Positions 18,945-27,294 of a stretch of 64,000 nt of DNA are shown here, piece after piece. The DNA comes from Bacteroidales bacterium (lineage in GTDB: Bacteria; Bacteroidota; Bacteroidia; Bacteroidales; GCA-2748055), in the NCBI GenBank assembly GCA_040768485.1, contig JAXGMU010000006.1, positions 16,349-80,348 of the forward strand, read 5' to 3'. Position 1 is the stretch's first letter, and each line of letters starts with the position of its first letter. Both the position numbers and the translations under genes were made by a program. Under the pieces are notes generated by a model, which saw nothing but the letters and a program-made list of their open reading frames with translations, searched no databases and was not told where the DNA came from.

Positions 18945-18965
18945 GTAATACAAATATAGTATTAC
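18945..18965 (-). promoter_or_regulatory. Perfect inverted repeat GTAATAC-N7-GTATTAC, candidate VapB autoregulatory operator
   Basis: Read directly from the sequence, 21-41 nt upstream of the vapB ATG. AbrB-type antitoxins classically bind palindromes in their own promoters. Confidence 0.5.
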
Positions 18966-19098
18966 AATGCGGACTGAACAAAATACTGATCATACAGCTA
19001 ACAATTCTTGATCAGTATATTGATGTCCTTTACCGGGCAATCTCAGCGTCGAGTTCATGCAAATCATAACATTATGTAACTTTCGGATTATTTGCAAT

Positions 19099-19461
19099 AT
19101 GATGAACATCGAAGAGATCCGCGACTACTGCCTGGCCAAACCCGGTGTTACAGAAGGCTTCCCATTTGACGAAACCACCCTGGTTTTCAAGGTAATGAAT
19201 AAGATGTTTGCGCTGACCGGCCTGGAAGGTGATCCACCATACGTGAACCTGAAATGCGACCCCGACAGGGCCGTTGAACTGCGGGAACAATATGAAGCCA
19301 TACAACCGGGATGGCATATGAACAAGGTCCAGTGGAACTCGGTGTATTTTACGGGTAGCATCCCCAGGGATCTGGTCCTGGAACTCATCGACCACTCTTA
19401 TGACCTGGTGGTGCAGGGACTGAAACGAAAAGATCGTGAGAGACTGAAAGGTCTTCCGTGA
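19099..19461 (+). CDS. MmcQ/YjbR-family DNA-binding protein
   Basis: MMNIEEIRDYCLAKPGVTEGFPFDETTLVFKVMNKMFAL...YVNLKCDP is the family pattern. Start placed at ATG 19099. Confidence 0.75.
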   Translation: MMNIEEIRDYCLAKPGVTEGFPFDETTLVFKVMNKMFALTGLEGDPPYVNLKCDPDRAVELREQYEAIQPGWHMNKVQWNSVYFTGSIPRDLVLELIDHSYDLVVQGLKRKDRERLKGLP

Positions 19462-19576
19462 TACACTGTTCAACTGATAAAATATTTTTACTTCCCGGGG
19501 ATGGACAGGGACCAGACCTATTACTTCTGCATCGAGGCATTCAATGAAAACGGGATCGGGGAAAAGAGTCAGTTAG

Positions 19577-20602
19577 TCAGGGCACCAAAAGATTGCATCC
19601 GCGTACATCGGAGTGGTCAAAACGGCCCGTTACCTCGAAGCTGCCATCTGCATGTACTGTCCCCAGGTCGTCTGTCGCGATGAATGAACAACTGTAGAGG
19701 TTGGCCAGGTCGATGATGTTGAGCCCGCCCTTTGCAGAGATTTTCTCCGGATCGCCCCGGAGATCATCCCCCTGGTGCGTGAGGATGGTCAGCGGGTCGT
19801 TGGGATCCCGGGCCAGGATCCTCATCCAGGGGGGAGACCGGAACAGTCCCTGACCGGAAGAATAGGCCTGGGAAAGCAGCTCGGTCATCCCGTACTCCGA
19901 GTGAATGGAACCGGTCCCGAAAGCACCGGATAGCAGTTCGTGCAGCTCGCTGCGGACCATTTCCTTCCGCCGCCCTTTCATGCCACCGGTCTCCATCACG
20001 ATGATATGATCGCCCAGTTTCATGGGGTAATTCTCCGCCAGATCCGCCAGGGCGAAGCTCACACCCAGCAGCAGGGTGGGATGGCGGTCCCCGTTGCGGC
20101 GTTCGATCATACCGGCCAGCTCGTCCGGCCGGTCCAGGTAGAACCCGCTGTCGGGATGTCCAGACCGGTGGATCAGCTGGGCCATCATGTACACCAGCGA
20201 TGAACGCTTGCGTTCCAGGTATGATGGCAACAGCGCCAGGATGCAGTATTTTTCCGGGGGACCGTAAAATTGTCTGAAAGTACCGAAGAGGCTGGATTTG
20301 TAAAGAGAAACATCGGCCACATGGTGCCTGGAGGGAGTGGCCGTAGTGGTCCCGCTGCTCTCAAAAACCAGTTCCGGTTCCCGGTCGGCGCAGACTACCC
20401 GGTGGGTTCTGAAAAACCCGGCGGGAAGGAACGGGATCTCTTCCGGCTCAACGATCCCGGTTGCATCCACCCCCAGCCTGGTCAGGTATTCCCGGTACAC
20501 CGGATTGTGGGCGTACTGGAAATGAAAAACCTCCAGGGCCGTGGCCCTGAAGGTTTTGTCCGTATCGATCTGGAAAACGGCCTGTGGCAGTGCAGGGTCC
20601 AT
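19577..20602 (-). CDS. LuxE-like acyl-protein synthetase / acyl transferase family protein
   Basis: MDPALPQAVFQIDTDKTFRATALEVFHFQYAHNPVYREYLTRLGVD...IPFLPAGFFRTHRV and ESSGTTTATPSRH resemble the Bacteroidota LuxE-family (adenylate-forming) proteins. Start at ATG 20602 avoids overlap with pgk. Confidence 0.6.
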   Translation of the reverse strand: MDPALPQAVFQIDTDKTFRATALEVFHFQYAHNPVYREYLTRLGVDATGIVEPEEIPFLPAGFFRTHRVVCADREPELVFESSGTTTATPSRHHVADVSLYKSSLFGTFRQFYGPPEKYCILALLPSYLERKRSSLVYMMAQLIHRSGHPDSGFYLDRPDELAGMIERRNGDRHPTLLLGVSFALADLAENYPMKLGDHIIVMETGGMKGRRKEMVRSELHELLSGAFGTGSIHSEYGMTELLSQAYSSGQGLFRSPPWMRILARDPNDPLTILTHQGDDLRGDPEKISAKGGLNIIDLANLYSCSFIATDDLGTVHADGSFEVTGRFDHSDVRGCNLLVP

Positions 20603-20618
20603 CACAGCAAAGTAATTG

Positions 20619-21836
20619 CTATCCCCGGATGGCTTTGATGCCCGGCAGGACCTTGCCTTCGATGTATTCCAGCATGGCACCGCCGCCTGTGGAAACATAG
20701 CTTACTTTATCGGCCAGCCCGAATTTGTTCACGGCTGCCACCGAGTCGCCGCCTCCCACCAGGCTGAAGGCTCCCTTTTCGGTGGATGCGGCAATGGCTT
20801 TTGCAATGTCCACGGTCCCTTTCTGGAAATTGGGCATTTCGAAGACCCCCATGGGACCGTTCCAGAGGATGGTTTTTGAGTCCATGATCACCCTGGAGAA
20901 CAGGGCAATGGTCTCATCCCCGATATCCAGCCCCATATACCCCTCCCTGCCGTTGTCAATGGAAGCTGTTTCAGTGTCGGCATCGTTCTCAAACTTATCG
21001 GCCAGCACCTGGTCCACCGGCAGCAGGAGGTTCACTCCTTTCTGCCCGGCCTTTTTCACCAGGTCCCTCGCCACGTCCAGCAGCTCCTCCTCGCACAGTG
21101 AATTTCCCACTTTACCGCCTCTGGCTTTGATGAAGGTATAGGTCATCCCGCCGCCGATGATCAGGTTATCCACTTTGTCCAGCAGGTTCTCGATCACCTG
21201 GATCTTGTCCGAAACCTTGGCCCCGCCCATGATGGCTGTGAACGGCTTTTCCGCGTTGTGGAGCACTTTATCTATGGCATCGATTTCCTTGTTGATCAGG
21301 TAGCCGAACATCTTGGATGCATCGTCGAAAAAATCTGCGATCACGGCTGTGGAGGCATGGGCACGGTGGGCCGTTCCGAAGGCATCATTCACATAGACAT
21401 CCGCGTATGCTGAAAGTTTCTTCGCAAATTCCCTGGTGGCCGCTTTTTCCTCGTCCGTCTTGATCTTGTCTTCGGCCGAATGGAACCTGAGGTTTTCCAG
21501 GAGCAGCACTTCCCCCGGCTTCAGGTTCGCAGCCATGGACCGGGTCTCTTCGCCGATGCAGTCCTCTGCAAAAAGTACCTCCTTCCCCAGGTGTTCTGAC
21601 AAAACGGGGATCACATGCCTGAGAGAGAATTTCTCTTCCGGACCCGATTTGGGACGTCCCAGGTGGGACATCAGGATGGCGGATCCGCCGTCCTGCAACA
21701 CTTTTCTGATGGTGGGAAGTGCCCCGCGGATGCGGGTGTCGTCGGTCACTTCGTACTGTGCTCCAAGAGGCACGTTAAAGTCCACCCGGATGATGGCCTT
21801 CTTCCCCTTAAAATTGTAATTATCAATCGTTTGCAT
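20619..21836 (-). CDS. pgk: Phosphoglycerate kinase
   Basis: 405 aa. [13 protein letters not shown], and C-terminal [18 protein letters not shown]. Confidence 0.95.
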   Translation of the reverse strand: MQTIDNYNFKGKKAIIRVDFNVPLGAQYEVTDDTRIRGALPTIRKVLQDGGSAILMSHLGRPKSGPEEKFSLRHVIPVLSEHLGKEVLFAEDCIGEETRSMAANLKPGEVLLLENLRFHSAEDKIKTDEEKAATREFAKKLSAYADVYVNDAFGTAHRAHASTAVIADFFDDASKMFGYLINKEIDAIDKVLHNAEKPFTAIMGGAKVSDKIQVIENLLDKVDNLIIGGGMTYTFIKARGGKVGNSLCEEELLDVARDLVKKAGQKGVNLLLPVDQVLADKFENDADTETASIDNGREGYMGLDIGDETIALFSRVIMDSKTILWNGPMGVFEMPNFQKGTVDIAKAIAASTEKGAFSLVGGGDSVAAVNKFGLADKVSYVSTGGGAMLEYIEGKVLPGIKAIRG

Positions 21837-21932
21837 AGTAGAGAGTTTTATGTATTACATTCTGATACGGTTCGGAAATCCAAAGGTAAGAAAGAAAATC
21901 TTTTTGGCTACATTTACAGACCGGAAAGCACA

Positions 21933-23078
21933 ATGTTATTCAGTGATATCATCGGACAACAGGAGGTGAAGCGAAGGCTCCTGGAGTGGGTCAGGAATGA
22001 CCGCATTCCCCATGCCATGTTGTTTTTCGGTCCCCCGGGGACCGGGAAGCTGGCCATGGCCGTGGCACTCGCGCAGTACGTATCGTGCAGGGAGAGGAAG
22101 GAAGGGGACTCCTGCGGGATCTGCCCGTCCTGTGTGAAGTTCGGGAAACTGGTGCATCCCGACCTGCATTTCGTGCTTCCTGTGATGAACACGCAGCGGG
22201 TGACCGGGAAGCCGGTCACCGATGATTTCATTCAGCCGTGGAGAGAGGCCTTCCTTTCAAACCCCTATCTTTCCGAATACCAGTGGTATGAAGCCATCGG
22301 GGCTGAAAACAAGCAGGGGTTCATCAGCAAGAACGAGAGCCAGCAGATCATCCGTAAGCTGAGCTACAAACCCTACGAGTCAGCCTTCAGGAATGTGATC
22401 ATCTGGCTTCCCGAGAAATTGCACCCGGCAGCCGCCAACAGTTTGCTGAAGCTGGTGGAGGAACCGCCTGAGGGGACGATCATCTTCATGGTCTCTGAAA
22501 ATACGGACCAGATCCTGCCGACCATCCTGAGCAGGACCCAGCTGCTGTTCGTACCACCGCTTTCAAAGGAAAAGATAAGGGAGGGATTGTCCAAACGTGC
22601 CGGTGCCGATCCCGCCCTGGTGGAGGATGCCATCCGGAAAGCCAACGGGAATTTCAACACCGCCCTGCAGACCCTGAAGCAGGATGAGCAGGAGCAGGTT
22701 TATTTCGATTATTTTACCGGATTGATGAGGCTGTGCTACAAGCGGGAGATCATCGCGATCAGCGACTGGGTGGACCGGGTGGCGGTTTTGGGAAGGGAAC
22801 GGCAGAAACAGCTGCTGGACTACTCCATCAGGCTTCTGAGGGAAAATTTCATCCTCCGGCTGAAACAGGAACGGTTAAACTACATGTCGGCAAAGGAGGC
22901 GGAATTTTCTGAGAAATTCAATCTGTTCATACATGAAGGAAATATCCGGGAACTGGTGGAATCATTCACGCTGGCCGCGAACCATATCGAGGCCAACGGA
23001 AATGCCAGGATTGTGTTGATGGACCTTTCAATCAGCGTGGTCAGGCTGCTGATGCAAAAGTCTCCCGTCACCGGTTAG
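21933..23078 (+). CDS. holB: DNA polymerase III subunit delta-prime
   Basis: MLFSDIIGQQEVKRRLLEWVRNDRIPHAMLFFGPPGTGKLAMAVALAQYVSC plus a CGICPSC zinc module. Start at ATG 21933; the track ORF has a 106-codon extension overlapping pgk. Confidence 0.85.
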   Translation: MLFSDIIGQQEVKRRLLEWVRNDRIPHAMLFFGPPGTGKLAMAVALAQYVSCRERKEGDSCGICPSCVKFGKLVHPDLHFVLPVMNTQRVTGKPVTDDFIQPWREAFLSNPYLSEYQWYEAIGAENKQGFISKNESQQIIRKLSYKPYESAFRNVIIWLPEKLHPAAANSLLKLVEEPPEGTIIFMVSENTDQILPTILSRTQLLFVPPLSKEKIREGLSKRAGADPALVEDAIRKANGNFNTALQTLKQDEQEQVYFDYFTGLMRLCYKREIIAISDWVDRVAVLGRERQKQLLDYSIRLLRENFILRLKQERLNYMSAKEAEFSEKFNLFIHEGNIRELVESFTLAANHIEANGNARIVLMDLSISVVRLLMQKSPVTG

Positions 23079-23083
23079 GGGGT

Positions 23084-23114
23084 TTTGATTTGGGCAGCCG
23101 AATCGCTATTTTTG
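23084..23114 (+). promoter_or_regulatory. Candidate promoter (-33 TTTG, -7 TATTTTTG)
   Basis: TTTG at 23084-23087, a 19-nt spacer, then TATTTTTG at 23107-23114, 32 nt before ATG 23146. Confidence 0.4.
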
Positions 23115-23145
23115 CCATGGATCGTCAATACCTGCAATTCTGATT

Positions 23146-24291
23146 ATGGAAAGCCTGAAGGCAAGGGGATGTTGCTCGGAGAAGCAACTTGATATCGGAG
23201 GGGATAATTCCGACAGGGTATCTTTTTATTTCAGCTCATGTGCAAAGCTTGACAGCTTCAACTGGATGAGGGAGGTCTCTCCGTCGGAGATCCCGGAGGT
23301 GGTGGAGGTCCGTTTCAAGAACACCAGAAAAGGCTTTTACAGGAACGTGAACGGGCTGAGACTGAAAAGGGGTGATATCATCGCCGTGGAAGCATCACCC
23401 GGGCATGATATCGGGATTGTCACCCTGGCAGGGGAGATCGTGGAGAAGAAGCGTCCGAAGACAAAATTTGAAGGAGATCCCGAAGATCTCCGGAAGGTTT
23501 ACAGGAAGGCGAAGCCGGTAGACATAGACAAGTGGAGGGAGGCTGTTTCGCTGGAGGAGGAGACCATGCTCAAAAGCAGAAAGATCGCTGCGGACCTCGG
23601 TCTGAACATGAAGATCGGGGATGTGGAATACCAGGGAGACAATACAAAAGCAATTTTTTATTACATCGCGGACGAACGGGTCGATTTTCGTGAGCTGATC
23701 AAAGTGCTTGCCGAAACGTTTCGGATCCGCGTTGAAATGAGACAGATAGGAGCCAGGCAGGAAGCCGGCCGGATCGGGGGGATCGGTACCTGCGGGAGGG
23801 AGCTGTGCTGTTCCTCCTTTATCACCAGTTTTGTCTCTGTAAGCACCCAGTCCGCCCGCATACAGGAAGTGGCACTCAATCCGCAGAAGCTGGCGGGTCA
23901 GTGCGGAAAGCTGAAATGCTGCCTCAATTATGAACTTTCGGGATACCGGGATGCACAGAAAGGATTTCCGGAAACGAATAAACCTCTGAAAACAGCGGCA
24001 GGAGAAGCCTTTCATCAGAAAACGGATGTATACAGGCGGATCATGTGGTACGGGTATGAGGGAGCAGGATCGCAGGTGATGATCCCGGTATCCGTGGAAC
24101 GGGTGGCGGAAATCCAGGAAATGAACCGAAAGGGCCAAATCCCCGATGAGCTGATCGATCAAGGATCCGTCCCCGTGAAAGATTTGTCAGAGTACAGAAG
24201 TGGAGCGGGACAGGAAAGCCTGACCCGGTTTGAGAAGACAGGTCAGAGGAAGAACAAGAGAAGAAAGAAGTCTTACCGAAATCAACGCTGA
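23146..24291 (+). CDS. PSP1-domain protein (RicT/YaaT-like)
   Basis: 381 aa. PSP1 core with paired Cys motifs TCGRELCCSSF and QCGKLKCCLNYE. Lies downstream of holB, as in many bacteria. The exact start is uncertain. Confidence 0.8.
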   Translation: MESLKARGCCSEKQLDIGGDNSDRVSFYFSSCAKLDSFNWMREVSPSEIPEVVEVRFKNTRKGFYRNVNGLRLKRGDIIAVEASPGHDIGIVTLAGEIVEKKRPKTKFEGDPEDLRKVYRKAKPVDIDKWREAVSLEEETMLKSRKIAADLGLNMKIGDVEYQGDNTKAIFYYIADERVDFRELIKVLAETFRIRVEMRQIGARQEAGRIGGIGTCGRELCCSSFITSFVSVSTQSARIQEVALNPQKLAGQCGKLKCCLNYELSGYRDAQKGFPETNKPLKTAAGEAFHQKTDVYRRIMWYGYEGAGSQVMIPVSVERVAEIQEMNRKGQIPDELIDQGSVPVKDLSEYRSGAGQESLTRFEKTGQRKNKRRKKSYRNQR

Positions 24292-24296
24292 GCTTC

Positions 24297-24764
24297 ATGA
24301 AACACGGGCGTATTCCTCTGTCGCTGGTCCTGATGTCCCTCTTTCTCTCCTGTGGTCCGGGAACGGTCTACAGCCGGTTCAGCAGTACCGGGGAGGGGAT
24401 GTGGGACTGGCAGGAACCCCTGACGTTCCCTGTGGAGATCCCTGACACAACCTCCATGCACAACATATACCTGCAGGTGCGCCATACCGTGGAGTACCCA
24501 TTTCAGAACCTCTATATGTTCGTCAGGGTGGAGGGGCCGGCCGGACAACAGCTGACAGATACAGTCAATATGGTCATTGCTGCACCCGACGGAACCTGGA
24601 AAGGGAAGGGGGTGGGTCGGCTGAAGGAGCTCCGGCTGCTCTACAGGAAGGGGACCATCTTCGCTGATCCGGGAACCTACACCTTCACCATTGAACAGGG
24701 CATGCGGACCCAAACCCTGCCGGTCACCGATGTAGGGCTGCGGATCGAGCGGATCAATCCTTAA
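24297..24764 (+). CDS. gldH: Gliding motility lipoprotein GldH
   Basis: 155 aa. Lipobox LFLSCG. W.W.EPL.F...I.DT....NIYL.VRH...YPF.NLY pattern. Position after holB and the PSP1 gene, as in Flavobacterium. Confidence 0.8.
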   Translation: MKHGRIPLSLVLMSLFLSCGPGTVYSRFSSTGEGMWDWQEPLTFPVEIPDTTSMHNIYLQVRHTVEYPFQNLYMFVRVEGPAGQQLTDTVNMVIAAPDGTWKGKGVGRLKELRLLYRKGTIFADPGTYTFTIEQGMRTQTLPVTDVGLRIERINP

Positions 24765-24769
24765 CTGGT

Positions 24770-25477
24770 TTGGGCAAGAATAAATTATCCAGATTCAGGG
24801 AAATGGAGACCTTCGAGAGGGTATTCCAGCCCCCGTTTGAGGAGGTGTTTCAGAAGGATTATTCCCTGAAAGGGAAATGGAGGGAGGCGGTTTTTCACAA
24901 CGATCACCCCATGGTCCTGGAGCTTGGATGCGGTCGTGGGGAGTACACCCTTGAGCTTGCGAGGAGGTATCCGGACAGGAACTACATGGGGCTTGACATC
25001 AAGGGGGCCAGGATCTGGAAGGGTGCAAAAACCGCACAGGAGGAAAAGATCATGAATGTTGCTTTTCTGCGCACCCGCATCGAATGGATCCGTTCATTTT
25101 TTGCACAGGATGAGGTGGACGAGATCTGGATCACTTTTCCCGATCCGCAGCTGAAACGCCGGAGGAATAAAAAACGCCTTACCGGTGCGTACTTTCTGAA
25201 CCGGTACCGGGACTTCCTGGTGGACGGGGGGATCATCCACCTGAAGACAGATAATGCGGAGCTTTATGAAGACACCCTTCAGCTGCTTGTGCTGAATGAT
25301 CTTCCCGTTGTCAGGCACAGCGGGGATTTGTACCGCACGGGGTGGGATGACGAATCGGTAACTATCCGGACCACCTATGAAACCAGGTTCCTGGCGGAAG
25401 GATCCCCCATCCGTTACATCCAGTTCCGGCTTCCCCGCGCCGGGGAAATTAAAGCGGCCACGCATGAATCCGGATGA
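24770..25477 (+). CDS. trmB: tRNA (guanine46-N7)-methyltransferase
   Basis: 235 aa with a TTG start. GKNKLSRFREM N-terminus, LELGCGRGEYT SAM motif, FPDPQLKRRRNKKR. Confidence 0.9.
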   Translation: MGKNKLSRFREMETFERVFQPPFEEVFQKDYSLKGKWREAVFHNDHPMVLELGCGRGEYTLELARRYPDRNYMGLDIKGARIWKGAKTAQEEKIMNVAFLRTRIEWIRSFFAQDEVDEIWITFPDPQLKRRRNKKRLTGAYFLNRYRDFLVDGGIIHLKTDNAELYEDTLQLLVLNDLPVVRHSGDLYRTGWDDESVTIRTTYETRFLAEGSPIRYIQFRLPRAGEIKAATHESG

Positions 25478-25805
25478 TCCATTTTTTCAGCGGGTATACG
25501 AGGTGGTGAAGCTGATCCCTCCCGGGAGGGTCACTTCATACGGAGCCATCGCACGTTGCCTGGGTGCCCCGGGTGCCGCCAGGATGGTTGGATGGGCCAT
25601 GAACCAGTCCCATTCCCATCCGGAGTTCGTACCCGCGCACAGGGTGGTGAACCGGAACGGATTGCTCACCGGAAAACATCATTTCGATGGTCCGGATATG
25701 ATGCGGGAACTGCTTGAAAATGAGGGAGCCATCATTGAAGATGACCGGATCCTGAACTTCCGGGAGATATTCTGGGATCCTTCATCGGTCGCCGGCCTCT
25801 TGTAA
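25464..25805 (+). CDS. Alkyltransferase-like (ATL) protein, MGMT/Ogt DNA-binding fold lacking the acceptor cysteine
   Basis: 113 aa from ATG 25464. VTSYGAIARCLG...RMVGWAM, followed by PAHRVV where Ogt/Ada carry PCHRV; the Ala codon gcg is at 25635-25637. Confidence 0.8.
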   Translation: MNPDDPFFQRVYEVVKLIPPGRVTSYGAIARCLGAPGAARMVGWAMNQSHSHPEFVPAHRVVNRNGLLTGKHHFDGPDMMRELLENEGAIIEDDRILNFREIFWDPSSVAGLL

Positions 25806-25852
25806 ATTAATCTAAATAAAAAAATAGCTATCTTTACCGCATAAATACAGGA

Positions 25853-26959
25853 ATGATGAGTGAAATCCAAAAAGAGAAGATCCTGGAAGTCCTGGAGCCG
25901 ATCCGCCACCCGGGATCAAAGGAGAGCATTGTGAAATCGGGAATGGTCCGGGAGATCCTGTACAAAGATGAAAAAATCAGGCTCTCATTACAGTTCAGCC
26001 GTCCCAATGATCCGTTTATCCAGTCGATCAGGAAGGCATGCATGAGGGCTGTTAACCAGAAATTCGGAAAAGGGACCCTTCTGGAGGAAGATGTCAGGGT
26101 GCTGGTTCCCGATAAGCCGGAGACTCCGGATATATTGCCCGGGGTGAAAAACATCGTGGCCATTGCGTCCGGCAAAGGTGGTGTCGGTAAATCCACGGTG
26201 GCGGCAAATCTGGCTGTGGCCTTGGCGCAGACCGGGGCCCGCGTGGGATTGATCGATGCGGATGTGTACGGACCCTCCATCCCCAAGATGTTCCATGTGG
26301 AGATGGACCGTCCCTCGGCACGGACCGCGGATGGCCTGGAATGGATCGTCCCCGTTGAAAAATACGGGGTAAAGCTTCTCTCCATCGGCCTGTTCGTCAA
26401 GCCTGAAGATGCGGTGGTGTGGAGGGGGCCCATGGCCACCAGTGCCCTGAAACAGCTGATTTCACAGGGTGACTGGGGCATTCTTGATTACCTGCTGATC
26501 GATCTTCCACCCGGAACGGGCGACGTCCACCTGACCATGGTACAGGAGGTGCCGGTCACCGGCGTGGTGATCGTGACCACACCCCAGGAGGTTGCCCTTG
26601 CCGCTGTCATCAAAGGGATCAACATGTTTGAAGGGGAAAGAATCAACGTGCCCGTTCTGGGAATCGTGGAGAACATGGCCTGGTTCACACCCGAGGAGTT
26701 GCCCGGCAACCGCTATTACATCTTTGGGAAAGAGGGCGGTAAAAAACTGGCCGAAAAGGCAGGGATCCCCCTGCTCGGCCAGATACCGATCATCCAGGGG
26801 ATCAGGGAGTCGGGCGACAGCGGAGAGCCTGTGGCACTTCATCCCGGCAGACCTGCGGGCGGGGAATTCAGGGACCTTGCCCGGTCGGTGAAACAGGCGG
26901 TGGAGAAGCGCAACGCTGAAATGGAACCCACAAAGAAAGTAGAAATAACATCAAGATAA
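25853..26959 (+). CDS. apbC: Mrp/NBP35/ApbC-family iron-sulfur cluster carrier ATPase
   Basis: 368 aa. N-terminal DUF59-like segment, deviant Walker A AIASGKGGVGKST, and the VENM motif. Confidence 0.9.
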   Translation: MMSEIQKEKILEVLEPIRHPGSKESIVKSGMVREILYKDEKIRLSLQFSRPNDPFIQSIRKACMRAVNQKFGKGTLLEEDVRVLVPDKPETPDILPGVKNIVAIASGKGGVGKSTVAANLAVALAQTGARVGLIDADVYGPSIPKMFHVEMDRPSARTADGLEWIVPVEKYGVKLLSIGLFVKPEDAVVWRGPMATSALKQLISQGDWGILDYLLIDLPPGTGDVHLTMVQEVPVTGVVIVTTPQEVALAAVIKGINMFEGERINVPVLGIVENMAWFTPEELPGNRYYIFGKEGGKKLAEKAGIPLLGQIPIIQGIRESGDSGEPVALHPGRPAGGEFRDLARSVKQAVEKRNAEMEPTKKVEITSR

Positions 26960-26971
26960 GACCGTAAAGAT

Positions 26972-27226
26972 ATGGAGCGCGAAAGACTGGATGAGATCAG
27001 AGCCCGTGCTGAAAAGGCACTTGCGAAGATACGACCTTACCTGGTCGCTGACGGGGGGGATATCGCCATTGTGGATATTACCGAGGACATGGTATTGAAA
27101 GTGGAACTGAAAGGAGCATGCAACGGATGTCCTTTCAGCATGCAGACCATGAAGGCCGGGGTGGAAATCACCGTGAAGAACGAAGTCCCGGAGATCAGGG
27201 AGGTGGTTGATGTGAACAATCCCTAA
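26972..27226 (+). CDS. NifU C-terminal-domain (Nfu-type) protein
   Basis: 84 aa. IRPYLVADGGDIAIVDI and the GACNGCPFS CxxC motif. Confidence 0.85.
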   Translation: MERERLDEIRARAEKALAKIRPYLVADGGDIAIVDITEDMVLKVELKGACNGCPFSMQTMKAGVEITVKNEVPEIREVVDVNNP

Positions 27227-27294
27227 TTTTTATCCTTCCTGTAAAATAAGTAGTTTCAAAACCAGTTTAATATTATAGCTAAAACTGGAGTCAA

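Noticed and set aside
17171-19510. Possible direct repeats flanking the low-GC islet: CCCGGGACAGG at 17171-17181, and CCCGGGG-atg-GACAGGG at 19494-19510.
   Set aside because: The match needs a 4-5 nt indel and consists of short GC-rich words that could recur by chance. Without an integrase or a tRNA target it is not convincing as an att site or target-site duplication.
19501-19683. 60-aa ORF from the track, considered as a real gene.
   Set aside because: More than half of it overlaps the 3' end of the luxE-like gene on the opposite strand. Only its first 25 or so codons look protein-like (Fn3-like tail). I keep it only as a possible remnant (see findings).
21615-21932. Long N-terminal extensions of track ORFs: holB from 21615, waaA from 35051, crtW from 52012, the carotenoid-cluster terminal ORF from 54076, the ATL gene from 25377, panD from 2211, the luxE-like gene from 20698, and crtI from 49949.
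   Set aside because: The extensions overlap the preceding gene extensively and have non-protein-like composition. Internal ATG codons give N-termini matching the families and create the compact ATGA/TGATG junctions seen throughout the window.
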